A stretch of 64,000 nucleotides of DNA from Eledone cirrhosa (GCA_964016885.1 OZ024741.1:180482001-180546000), one strand, 5' to 3'; numbered from the stretch's first letter, positions 39,304 through 51,950 are shown. Numbers and translations: made by a program. The notes: generated from the sequence alone by a model not told the origin.

Positions 39304-40887
39304 CCCTCCCACCGCTTAAGACTGCTGGACTAGAAGACAGCCGAGAATATATAGTTTTCTCGTCTGTGTAAATGAGGTGATTAATCTCATTTGCATATGA
39401 AGCTGCATAACTTGGCTCAACTTATAATAGAAAAGAAATAAGATTTCGTTTCAAGCATAGCTTTATCTGTTAGAACACGAAAAGTGTGAAACAACAGAAT
39501 GTTCACTTTTCGTGTTCTAACATATATGCCTAGCTTCTTTAAAAGTTTTTCGGGGATAGCCGTGGTGGTGGTGATCGTATGTCATTGGCTAATTTTCAAC
39601 CAATCAGAGTACCTCTCTCTATATCTCTTCCACTGTTACTTACGCCTGTTTCTCTCTATCTGTTCCGTCTCTATATATATATCTCTTACTCTTTCGCTTT
39701 GCACTCCTCCCCTTCAATACCATCTCTCCCCCTCTCTATATATTTGTTACTCTATCGCTGCACGCTCCTCTCCTTCAATATATCAATTACACACGCTTTA
39801 CACTCCTTTATCCCCAGCGCCCCTATATATACACCCCCCCCCCCCTCTCCCGCATCTATATTTTAATGTACCGTTGCACCGTGAATATATGTGTCTATAT
39901 ATATATACATATATATTGTATATACACATTCATGTATGTGTATACACACTCATGTATGTATATACACTGGTTTTATGTGTGTATTGTAAATTTGTACTGT
40001 TAAAACACGAAACTAACATTCGATTGACACTTTGATTACCTGTACAGGCAATAGTTATTAGAATGCTGTTGAAGTGTGTATATATTTTTGGGGGACATCC
40101 TGTATATACACACATTATATATAATACAATAAACAGATAAATACACACATATATATATGAGCTTATTTAATTATAAATATTGTGAATTTTTAACTCAGTT
40201 CAATTATATATATAAATGGCTTCTACAGGACTAGAACTGTTTCATTCGAAAGAAATCATCATAATATTGAGAGGGGGGACTAGATAAAATATTTCAAATC
40301 AAATGTGTATAAGTTATAAGTTAAAATGTATAAATAGAGACGATAGTGGAGGTATATCTGTTTAGTGGAACAGTAGACGATAGAATTAAATACAGACGAT
40401 AATCTCCCTTTAATGAAACAGCAGACGATAGAATTAAGGCAATTTAAATTTTAAGCATTTGCATTTTTGCCTTTCATCGTTACGGGGTCGATAAAATAAA
40501 GTACCAGTAATACACTGTCACTAGACGACTTTCAAATTGAATTGTTGGTTCCATTTCTTTAGTATTTTCAATTGTAGTTATCTACTTAAAAAGCGTTACA
40601 CGGTTAGAGACATAATTCGTAAGTTATATCTTCCCTATTAAACCATTGCATTATTTCGCCTACAATAGAACAAAAATGAAATGTTCTTTAAAGAAACAGG
40701 AATATAACTTTATAAAAAAAAAGTTGCATCCGCTTCTTTTATCATTGATAATTTTTTCGTTTTAATATTAATTGTTTTTTGTAGTTGTTTATATTAAAAA
40801 TCTTACTGTAATATTTACTTAAACGAAGGCAAACATCTAAACTTATAGATTAATCTTGAGCGAAGGACTAGATAAATCTCTCTCCCC

Positions 40888-40964
<77 letters not shown>

Positions 40965-42078
40965 CGAAGAATGATAAAATTTCAAGCAAAGAGTTTAATT
41001 AGGTATATTTTGTAATATTATTAACTAATTATTATAATTAACGCGCATATTTTGCTATCCTCAAACACGTTTACACATGGCATGAAATATAACTAATCCG
41101 AGATGGCTAGGTTTCATCTTCTAACTGGATATACGAAATCCATTATGTCTTGACAACAACATGAGGTAACATTATGTTATTCACAGACACACTTTGTACA
41201 CTGTTCCATATCAGAATGTATTTCCTTCGTCACATTCACAAACAGTATTGAAAATATGTTCTTCGGCAAATAAAAATGTTTTGTTCATAATATTTCAACT
41301 AGCGATTGCTCTACTCCACGCACGACCACCATAAATTAATGACCAGCTCAACACAAGTATTGGTAGAGCGTCAGACACCATGCTTTGCAGTATTGTTATG
41401 GTCCTTTGCATTCTAAGTTCAAATCCTGCCGAGGTTAACTTCGACTTTCATACTTACTAATTCGATAAAATAAAGTACCAGTAATGGACTGCCGTAATGG
41501 ATTTGTGCCGAAAAATAGAAACACTATTAATGTGCAATAAGAGCAAAATATAACGACATTGCTCAATTATTTTATCTAATGTTGTAATAACACAAGGAAA
41601 TGTTGTTTGTGTATTTTTTTTTATATTTGCTCATAGGCTTTACAATTTCGCTCAGCCAACAACTATTAAAAAGTGAGTTGCTTAAGATAACAATTTAATC
41701 ACAAATTGTTGCTATCTTTTAATACACTCCAACAAGTCATCAAATTATGTACAATAAAAACAAATCTTATTAATTTGCTCAGGGAATATAAAGAAAATGT
41801 ATATACACTGATAATTGCAATTGTATGTAAATATTTTGTTTTTGTATTGTATATTTTATGTTTTCTATTATGTATAATATATTGATTTAATATTGATTGT
41901 TTTTTGTAGTTGTTTATATTAAAAGTCTGAAAATATTTTTATACATCTTACACTAATATTTATAAGATAATTTATAATAACAATTACATAATCTAATTAC
42001 ATTACAACGATAATTTATTATTAATATATATCCTGTTTAACTAGAGTTATTACAAGCGTTGCCTTAAAAAAATATTAA

Positions 42079-43035
42079 ACTAGACATGAAAAATGCGCAA
42101 GCTCAAAAGTGCCACAGAATGTTATAATAAACCTTCAAAAGTGTGGGACTAGAGTTGTTGCTAAAAAATATTGTAATCATTATATATCGTACATTCTGTG
42201 GCATCCTTTATAAAAATAGCTTAAACCAACGAAGCCTTTATTTTTACGCTATTTCACTTAGTTAATTCTTAGAGTGTAACATATAAAAATAAATACATCT
42301 ATGTTTAATGTAATAACAGCTATAAATAATTACGTAATATTATTATCATATACTCATAGTAACAAAATAATTGTGTTGAAACTTAATATGATGCTTATAT
42401 GAACGATCAAATCTATAATGATAATTTCTTAAATATACTAATAGTAAAATAATTTAGTTATCTATTGTTACATTTTCATAGAACTATAATATTAACAATC
42501 GTATTGCATTATCAAATTTTTATCACTACAAACTTTCATATTGGAATTACCTTAAGCCACTTATTATTACTTCGCTTTCGTACTTTTACAGCTGTAGATA
42601 TTGCGCTGTATCTTATATCTAATATCAATATCTCGTGGTAATTTGCATGAAGTGTAAAATAGGTTTATTAATAACTTTAATATGAAATGTATTATACAGG
42701 GCTGCGGAGTCGGCCAAAAATTGACTGGCTCCAACTCAGGATCCGATACTCCATTATTTCCTAAATTTCAGCTCCGCAGCTCTGTTATTATATTAATTAA
42801 TTTATTTTATAGTTGTAAATCATATTTTTATATGTTACACTCTAAGAATTAACTAAGTGAAATAGCGTAAAAATAAAGGCTTCGTTGGTTTAAGCTATTT
42901 TTATAAAGGATGCCACAGAATGTACGATATATAATGATTACAATATTTTTTAGCAACAACTCTAGTCCCACACTTTTGAAGGTTTATTATAACATTCTGT
43001 GGCACTTTTGAGCTTGCGCATTTTTCATGTCTAGT
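42079..43035. repeat. Perfect 213-bp inverted repeat (42079-42291 / 42823-43035), 531-bp spacer
   Basis: Arms identical in reverse complement by eye. Confidence 0.93.
42697..42784. mobile_element. hAT-like mini-MITE
   Basis: Ends CAGGGCTGCGGAG / CTCCGCAGCTCTG, flanks gtattata / ttattata (7 of 8 match). Confidence 0.7.
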
Positions 43036-43733
43036 ACAATATGTATAAGAATTTCGTATCTCCAAAGAAATACGGTTTTGGGACCCCGACGGCTGAGCTC
43101 CTGCCGTTTCAACAGCTAAATCCGACTAGATTGTATTATGTTGTCACAAAACCTTTCTAAGAGAGGAAACTCTGAAGAAGAAAAAAAAAAAAAAAAAAAC
43201 CTGCGGCTTCGGAAGCATCTGATGATGTTGACCAGTTCTCCTGATCGGGTAGTGTTTTCGATGCTCAGAGAGTGGGATTGGTCGAGTGCAAGGCTTTTAC
43301 CCACTTCAAAAACCTTCAAAGCACAGGCATTGCTTGTCCAGGATATGTTACAGGTTCGTGTGGCTGGCTGTAGCCTAAAAGTGCTCTATTTTCTGTAATC
43401 TGAGAAGCGATTGCAATACTCTTAGTAGAGTTTGCAGCCATCATGTATGTATGTATGTGTGTGTATGTATGTATGTGTGTGTATGTATGTATGTGTGTGT
43501 GTGTATGTATGTATGTATGTAACAGTCAGGTGTCGAATACAGTGGTCTCCAGCATTTTTCTTTTTCAAGATACGAACACCAAATATTATTGAAAGAATCT
43601 AACGCAATATGTTCGATTGGTTAAGGAGTTTGCTTAATAATCGCTAGGTTCCGAGTTCGATCCCACTGTATGGAATTTTGAGTTAGTGTCATTTATCGTA
43701 ACCCCAAGTGAGTGAAACTGGGTAGACAGAAAC

Positions 43734-43966
43734 CAGTGATGTCGCTAGAGTGTGTGCGCCCGGGGCAACCCTTCGGTTTGCACCCCCCACCTCACCCCCC
43801 GGGCTTAATATATATATATATATATATAAACTAGTCTGTGTACAATTATAATATTATGCTGCAGCATTAAAATAAAAACGCTTATAGCCTACAGTAGACC
43901 CAAAAGTGCCACCTTCATAAAAGTGTCGCCCACGGTGGGCCACCCTTCCCTCTAGTTACGCTACTG
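43734..43966. mobile_element. hAT-like MITE inserted into an older SINE (~43600-44150)
   Basis: Ends CAGTGATGTCGCTAGAG / CTCTAGTTACGCTACTG, 8-bp TSD acagaaac / acagaaat. Confidence 0.8.
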
Positions 43967-44227
43967 ACAGAAATTGTTTCGAAGCCAGTCGGATGGATTG
44001 TATCTGTAAATAATTGAGCCAACCTTGATACGGGAATTACGTTAAGAGCATACATGTCCGTGGAATGCTCAGCCACTGACACTTTAATTTCATGAGTAAT
44101 CTGTTCCGTTAATCAAGTAGAACAAATATCGTCGAAACGGACAGACGTCATTTCTATTGAAAGAATTATAAAAGAACCCTCAAACGTTTATTTCACAATT
44201 TGAGCCCCAAATATTACCTTAAACATT

Positions 44228-44287
<60 letters not shown>

Positions 44288-44291
44288 GGAA

Positions 44292-44478
44292 AGATTCAGG
44301 ACCCCGGCGGCTGAGTTCCGGCTGTTTCGACAGCTAGATCTGAACTGATCTAGCTGTCGAAACGGCCGGAGCTCAGCCGTCGGGGTCCTGAATCTGTTCG
44401 TATTACCCACTCTACTACTCCAAGTATCGAGTACTCTGGTGGCTTACTGTCCACCTGGTATTTTACCACACCTTTTCT
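44292..44478 (+). mobile_element. Family-D PLE-like terminal fragment: 49-bp hairpin (44292-44340 / 44347-44395) plus ~80-nt tail, in (TA)n
   Basis: The right arm contains GAAACGGC-CGGAGCTCA-GCCGTC-GGGGTC (hammerhead stem III and GUC site). The tail TATTACCCACTCTACTAC is shared with 62420-62497. Confidence 0.75.
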
Positions 44479-44526
44479 TATATATATATATATATATATG
44501 GCCTCACAACGATGATTCATTTCTAC

Positions 44527-44715
44527 AATTGTTTCTACTTTTGGCACAAGGCCAGCAATTATCCCAGTGTATTACTGGTACTTTATTTTATCGACCCCGT
44601 AAGGATGAAAGGCAAAGTTAACCTCGGCGGGATTTGAACTCAGTCCGTAAAGGGATGTAACTGTGCTGCAAAGCATAGCGCCCGACCCTCTACCGATACT
44701 ACCAATTCACCGCCC
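44527..44715 (-). mobile_element. tRNA-derived SINE copy
   Basis: Same family as 431-622. Confidence 0.9.
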
Positions 44716-45339
44716 TTTCTATAATGTACAATTGTTGCATACGGATCAGCGAAACTGTACAGTCGGGACTTTAAAGAAAAAAAATAAGTATATATCTGTG
44801 TCTATTATTTCCTCTTATTTTATAATTTGATATATATATATATACAAATGGAAGTTTAGTAAAATCGAAGTTTTGGCTGTTGCCAAGCTAACGATATACA
44901 ATCAGGAATGTGCAGGAAAGCATTTGATAAGGTTGTGTCACATACGTTAGAAAGCTTGACAAATTGAAGACAGTGACCAGTGACCCAGCCACATGATCCA
45001 ACGCAACGAGAAAACCAACTCAGGTAATTGACAAACCTGAACCATCTCATCGATATTAAGCAATATCTCCGATAGGTTTCTATGAATTCGATATCAACAA
45101 TTCCACTTGCGCAGTATGCAAGTTTTGGGTTTCGCATGATTGAACAGTGGATTCCCTTTATCAAAGGCTTCCGTTCTGTGCGGCGAGCGGGTGTGAGTCG
45201 TAGCAGTAAACTGCTGGCGGTCACGTAGTTTTTCCCCAAAGGAAGGTAACCCCCGATTTTTGGCGGGCGGATTTAAATTGTGAAGAAAGGAATAAATTCC
45301 ATTCCACAAACCGAATGAAGCTCTCGACTAGACGTTATT

Positions 45340-45520
45340 TGGCAGTATCGGTAGAGGGTCGGACGCCATGCTTTCCAGCATAGTTACGTCCCTTTACGAT
45401 CTGAGTTCAAATCCCGCCGAGGTTGACTTTGCCTTTCATCCTTACGGGGTCGATAAAATAAAATACCAGTAATGCACTGGGTAATTGCTGGCCTTGTGCC
45501 TAAAGTAGAAACAGTTATTA
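45340..45520 (+). mobile_element. tRNA-derived SINE copy (young; nearly identical to 52504-52682)
   Basis: TGGCAGTATCGGTAGAGGGTCGGACGCC..GAGTTCAAATCCCGCCGAGG.. Confidence 0.92.
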
Positions 45521-45701
45521 AACAAACATAAATAATTAACCAATCAATAGAATTGTTTAATTAAATTAATCATTAAGTCTAGGAGATAATAATACAAATG
45601 GAAGTTTAGTAAAATCGAAGTTTTGGCTGTGGCCAATCTAACGATATACAATCAGGAATGTGTAGCAAAGCACTCGATAAGGTTGTGTCACCTTAGAATA
45701 A

Positions 45702-45884
45702 TAATTGTTTCTACTTTTTGGCACAAGGCCAGCAATTACCCAGTACATTACTGGTACTTTAATTTATCGATCCCGTAAGGATGAAAGGCAAAGTTAACCT
45801 CGGCGGGATTTGAACTCAGACCATAAAGGGCCGTAACTCTTTGCTGCAAAGCGTGGCGTCCGACCCTCTACCGATACTGCCAAT
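45702..45884 (-). mobile_element. tRNA-derived SINE copy
   Basis: Same family as 431-622. Confidence 0.9.
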
Positions 45885-46115
45885 AACATTCGTTAGAAAG
45901 CTTGAGCCAGCCACCTGAACCAAATATATATATTACTAACAATAATAAGGATGTCAAGTCTAAGAAAAGTTGTTTTTTTAAGACAAACGCCATATCATCT
46001 GTAATTCTAGCTCAAGGAAGAAAACGGAGCATTTACTATAAAATTAAAGAACGATTGACATATACTTAAATATATCAAGCATTAATAGGAGTAAGTTTGT
46101 AAAACTGTAAGAACA

Positions 46116-46593
46116 TCTAAACTATAATAAAGTAAGGGACTGCGTACGGTTTATAATTTTTTATCCCATGAGTAAAATAAGTTGGATTACTTTGAATAAA
46201 TAATGAATGAATATTACATAATTTATCTACTAAATTCCGTGGCTGTTCATTAAATATATTTTATTACTTATTTAAAGATTCACTTCTTTAAAATGTTCAA
46301 ATGTCAACACTTCCGGTTAGCGATCGCTTAAATAAATATTCATATATTTCTGTCGCTAATTTTCTCCTAATGCAGTTTATATATAATATCGTCTTTTTTT
46401 TTAATGTATCCTGGATTACGTTACTGATTACATAAGACAGTGTAACACAGTCTTCGTTCAACTTCTGTGTATATTGTCAATTACGATTTTATTTGATGTA
46501 TCATATCTACATGTATATATACTTGCGTGTAATATCAATATACACACTACACATGCTAGCAGAAAACCACCCGAGGGGTGGTTTTTCTGCTAG
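46116..46593 (+). mobile_element. Non-autonomous Helitron (second copy 60373-60900)
   Basis: A|TCTAAACTATAATAAA ... hairpin AACCACC-CGAGG-GGTGGTT ... CTAG|T. AT target with no TSD. Confidence 0.85.
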
Positions 46594-46717
46594 TATATCT
46601 AATTCCAAAATGTAGCATATTTAAAATGTAAATACCTAAATTTCAGTATCCTTGCATACATATTCCATTATTGCTTAAGAATGTTTTCATTCCTGTAAAT
46701 TGGAAAAATGCTAAATA

Positions 46718-46760
46718 CCCTTAATCGATTTTCGGACCTAGTTGGGCCTTCATCAGAAGG
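46718..46760 (-). ncRNA. Minimal type I hammerhead ribozyme, family C
   Basis: Minus: CCUU CUGAUGA A GGCCC AACUA GGUCC GAAA AUCGAUU A AGGG. Stem III palindrome AAUCGAUU. Confidence 0.75.
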
Positions 46761-46871
46761 AAATATATTTTGCTGGGGTTTACATACATACCAATTCGTT
46801 CTTAGTAGTGTTCTGAAATGGACGTACTAATTTACATATAATTAGCATTCGTGTTGGCAATTATTCTCTCA

Positions 46872-47789
46872 CGATATAAAAATGATTTGCCTGTCTGTTC
46901 CTATGCATTCTCAAACGGCTAGACCAAATCAAATTAAACTTTACAAGGTATTAGATCCCGGGAGTGTCATTTTTATTTTCATTTTGATTAAAAAAATATA
47001 TTTTATCTAAAATAACCTTTCTATAGTGAACCACCACGATGGCATCACATTGTATATGAGTGTGTATGTGTCTGTGAGTGTGTGTGTGTTTGTGAGTTCA
47101 TTACATACGTTAGGCCTCAAAGAATTAAACACACACATCTACACATACATATAGACAAACACACACACACATCTACACATAGATACATATGTGATGACAG
47201 ACAGGTGTGCGTGAATGTATGTCTGTGTGTGTCTGTCTTAGTATATGTATGTGAGAGTGTATGTAAGAGTGTATGTGTGTATGAGTGTATGTGTGTGTGA
47301 GTGTATGTGTGTATGAGTATATGTGTGTGATAATTTTTATTTTAACGTTAGGCCTCAGAGAATTAAACACACACATACACATAGCGTTAGTAAGTTGCAT
47401 ACACTTTATCTTCACACAGACAATTAAACACACAGACACAGACACATCTACACATGCAGATACACATGTGATGACAGACAAGTATGCGTGAATGTATGTC
47501 TGTGTGTGTCTGTCTTAGTATATGTATGTGAGAGTGTGTGTGAATGTATGTGAACAACAATTTATTTATTTAGACACCAACAAAAAATGACAATGACACA
47601 ATGAATATTGCTTCAAGATTGACAGATTTTCATTTCTAAATTCTATTATCATTACAATTTTGATATATTTTAATAAAATATAGATATTTTGAAATAATTA
47701 TGAGGAAAAAATACATATCTTCATATTTATTGTTTACTAATCTGAATAAGAACAGCAGTGACCCAGGAAACGCCAAGTAATTCAACTAG
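46872..47789 (+). mobile_element. Non-autonomous Helitron with internal duplicated (CA)/(GT)-rich units
   Basis: 5' ATATAAAAATGA..TGTCTGTTCCTATGC..AAACGGCTAGACC and 3' decayed hairpin CCCAGGAAACGCCAAG..CTAG|T. Confidence 0.65.
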
Positions 47790-47964
47790 TTAAGATATAT
47801 AGTGCGCTCGCAGCCGAAGTGTATTATGAAGTTATATCTGTATAAATACAGAGTGGGTAACTGTGACAGCACTAATGTGTATACATATATACTCATCTAA
47901 TATGTAGGCCTGTAAATATGCCAGAAAATACAAATTTCCCTGTAAATAAAAAAAAAAAGGATAA

Positions 47965-48010
47965 ACACCTTTAATTTTTCGGATCTAGTTGGACCCTCAT
48001 CAGAAGACGT
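47965..48010 (-). ncRNA. Minimal type I hammerhead ribozyme, family C
   Basis: Minus: ACGUCUU CUGAUGA GGGUC CAACUA GAUCC GAAA AAUUA AAGGUGU. 7-bp stem I, 5-bp stem II, shortened stem III. Confidence 0.78.
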
Positions 48011-48044
48011 ATATATCACCCAAACAACCACAAGGAAACTTGTA

Positions 48045-48255
48045 TTTGATGAGTAGGTTATGCCTGGAGGGAAGGTTGGCTGGTAAGAGAAGCAGAGGCT
48101 GGCAGCCACAACGATGGCTTAATAATGTCAACTTATGGACTGGACTTGATCTTTGCTCTTTGAACTCTGCTGTTGGTGATCGAACTTTTTGGAGAAAAAT
48201 ATCTCATGTTGTTGCGCAGTCTGCAACTGGCGGAGTTTAACGTCACAAGAAGAAG
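48045..48255 (+). mobile_element. RTE LINE 3' end fragment
   Basis: LCLEGRLAGKRSRGWQPQRWLNNVNLWTG..DRTFWRK, (aag)n-like tail. Confidence 0.7.
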
Positions 48256-48540
48256 TTTCGTTGGGTTATACAACGAAACATAAGTACTGTCACTGTTGTA
48301 ACTAATTAAATATATATATGTATGTGTGTTTAGTGGGTATATATGAGGTATATGTGTTTGTGTTTGTTTGTCTGTGAGTTTATGTACGTCCTACGTTTCT
48401 TAATTTATATATCATAGTTATAAATATAATCCGCTGTTAATTTAAAGATATGTATAAGTTATCACTCTTTTGTTTTATAATAAAAGAACAAAACTTCATG
48501 TATTAGCGTTCGGTTTTAACGTTATTCTCAATATGTTTTA

Positions 48541-49914
48541 CTAACTGGCCCGCCCGGCTAGGTATACCGGCATTTTATCTTTTCAGGACCCCCCCCCCCT
48601 ACTTCAGTGCAAAGATACCGCACGCCCTCTCAAGTCAGCGAGGGGGGAGGGGCGTTAACGTGCTCTGATGTTGGGTTTGAATAGTTTTTAGGATTCCCCA
48701 GTTCAGCAGCCAGTACGTTAAAGAAAATTGATAGTTACAACAATAGAGGCTGAACAGAGAACACATTTTTAAACAAACTTTACAATAATTTGTACAACCA
48801 TAATGGAAATTCCAAGTAACAGAAAATACATAAATTACATTGTTAGAGCCTCAGAGTATACAATATTTTTTGTTACCCCCCCCCCCCCAGGTGCAAAGAT
48901 GAAGAGATTGTTTGGCGAGCTCACCCTAGAGCATCCTACATACAATTGACCATGGGAGAAGCATGGTTTTCCCAGATGAAGGCCAGCTACTTTTAGGGTT
49001 TGACGCTGAGCTTTGTTGATGGTAATCGCGAAGCTTAATCTCTCTGTTCTCTAGTAACAATTTTTCTCCTGGAAAATCTGATCTTGCGGCCAGGCTGGGA
49101 CTTTTTGGGTGGCATATCGGCAGTAACAATGACGATAAGCCGTCTGTGCTTTCGTGAAATAAATACGTTTGTTTATATTTTGTTTTTGTGTATGCAAAAA
49201 TATATGGACACGAATATATAATTATATATATATTAAAATAACAGATTAAAGTTTAAGCAAAGAATCGCTGCTTTCACCCTTAACGAGATCTTCTGAAATT
49301 AAAAAAAATCAATCTGTGAACGCAGAAGTAAATATTTCGAAAAACGTTGCAACCGAAGAAAAACAGGAAGATGATACTTTGGTTCGTGAAGACGTTCCCT
49401 GGCAATGAACGAAAAAAAGCGAAGATAATACGTCAGCAATGAGAACAATATTTGCTCTGGGGTTCTTATATATTTGATATATATTTATCCTTATCGAGCC
49501 CTCTTTGGATTTTAGTCTTCACATTTATTATTATTACTAATTATATATATATATAATTAGTATTACTAATATTACTAATATAATTAGTATTACTAATATT
49601 ACTAATATAATTAGTATTACTAATATTACTAATTATATATATATATAATTAGGAACAAAGAATATAACACCACTGACGATGTTGCAGATGTGCAACGAAA
49701 GATTTATGTAAATTATGTAAACTATATATATGTGTTTGTGTCTATATTGTATCTGTATTATTTTTGACCGTCGGTCAGTCAATGGCAACATTGAGGACCG
49801 AGTAAGTTAGATCGCAGATATAAAAGACAGCGAGAAGCGAAAACCAACCAAACAGTGAGTGTGTTCTGTTATTAATTCTGGCAATATTACGCAAATATGA
49901 CCCTCCCCAAGTAT

Positions 49915-49970
<56 letters not shown>

Positions 49971-50035
49971 TTGAACGGGAACAAAACAGAGAGGCAGTAC
50001 GAACAAAGGTTTATTAGTTTCACGCTCTTGAGAGT

Positions 50036-50077
<42 letters not shown>

Positions 50078-50516
50078 TTGAGAAGGCGTGCGGTATCTTT
50101 GCACTGAATTAATTAAAAGTTGGTTAGAACCGAAGTCAATGCAGACAGGCAACCAGACAGACAGATATTATAAACGAGCGACGTTATAGCTATGTATCTA
50201 ATGCAGACATCCAGACATACAGATACATATAATAAGGGCGCGACGTTATAGCTATGTATCTATCTAAAAAGACAGACTAAGAAAGAGAGGAATGTCGTAT
50301 AACCGGAAGTGTTGAGATTTGAAAATTTTAAAGAAGTGAATATTTAAATAAACGATAAAATTTCTTTAATTTTTTAACGAAATTTAAAAGACAAAAATAC
50401 CCTCACTTTCTTACTTGGAAAAAGTGACATCTATAGTGCAAATTTGGTGCTTTTCGGTCCATCTGTTCGGCGAAAGGTTTGTTACATACATACGGCCGTC
50501 AGTTTTATAATATAGA
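48541..50516 (-). mobile_element. Internally deleted Helitron carrying secondary insertions
   Basis: Minus 5' A|TCTATATTATAAAACTGACGGCCG. Pif1 motif remnant SHGQLYVGCSRVSS near 48915-48960. GC-rich 3' end finishing TTAG|T. Confidence 0.75.
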
Positions 50517-51039
50517 TATTATCCTGATCGACTAACAGAAATAAATATGATTGTATCGCCCGCGGATTATAATTATACTCCTTCATTCTCCATTCCATGA
50601 GACAGACAGAAATTAATCGATATGAATACACAATGTCTGAACTATTGAAATTAATTTCTCGTTAACGAACGTGCGTAAATGATTTGGTTCCGGTAAGAAG
50701 TTTGTTCATTCATTCAAAACACACTGCAAATTAATTATAACCAGCCAAATTTGCATTATATGCAAATGAGCATTACTAGCCTATGTTTTCTATTTACTAT
50801 ATGCAACTAGAATATCCAGTTAGTGTTCATCATGCAAAATCTATATGTCACTGATAAAAGATTTACGAATCTTGAAACAGCGTTGTCTAGCATTCTTGAC
50901 GCCTACTGATAAAATCTGTGACGTGTTCACAGGAAAAATTTAGAAAAATATTTTTTCTTTACGAAAATGTTTTTCTTTGATAGCGAGGCTACCCCTATGT
51001 TTATTATATATAAATACATATAGTATATGATTTCATACA

Positions 51040-51946
51040 CACGAAGAAATTGTTGGCGAGCTCACCCTAGAGCATCCTACATACAATTGACCATGGGAGA
51101 ATCACTGATTTCGTACCTCGTCTCGCGGAGAAGCTCTGTAGACGTTGACCTCTGGACACTCCTGTCAGGAGCAGGTAAGCTGTAGTGACTTAGAGGCCTA
51201 CCACCAATCTCCAGGACACTGTTTTCAAGACAAATGAGCGCCTCATTGAAAACGACATCGTATGTTACGTTTGGATTGTGTCTGCGTGTGCGGTGGAGGA
51301 TGTCATCAGCTAGACTTTCACGGTGGTTGTTCCACAGTGCGAGAGGGTCGGCGAGATCGCAGTTGTGCAGCATAATAGCAAAAAATTTTCGCAGCTGAGA
51401 AGGGACTTTAGCAGTTGCTGCTCTTTGCAGGTTGAGGTGCCAATGGCTGTCATCGTGTAAATACCACGCATTTGGCAAGCCAAACGGTAAGTGGAACATT
51501 GAGGGCCATTGATGGTTCTCAGATCTTGGAAAGACTGTGGTCCTCTAACATCGAACAGTAACAATGACGATAAGCCGTCTGTGCGTTCGTGAAATAAATA
51601 GGTTTTTGTTTTTGTGTATGCAAAAATATCTGTACACGAATATATATATTAAAATAACATATTAAAGTTTAAGCAAAGAATCGCTGCTTTCACCCTTAAC
51701 GGGATCTTCTGAAACTAACAAAATCCGTTTGTGAACGCAGAAGTAAATATTTCGAAAATATTTGAAATTTTAAAGAAGTGAATATTTAAATAATGTCTTT
51801 AATCTTTTAACAAAATTCAGTAGACAAAAATACCCTCACCTTTTTGCTTGGAAAAAGTTACATCTATGGATGGTGCAAATTTGGTGGTGTTTGGTCCAGC
51901 CGTTTGGCGGAAAGTTTGTTACCTACATACGGCCGTCAGCTTTATA

Positions 51947-51950
<4 letters not shown>
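51040..51950 (-). mobile_element. Helitron fragment with RepHel coding remnant
   Basis: LLFDVRGPQSFQDLRTING..TYRLAC..DDSHW..PSQLRKFFAIML..DPLALW..ALICLE, joined to SHGQLYVGCSRVSS. Same 5' end as 48541-50516. Confidence 0.9.

Noticed and set aside
44856-45239. 127-aa minus-strand ORF
   Set aside because: No recognisable motif, and the frame is not evidently kept in the other copies of this dispersed repeat.
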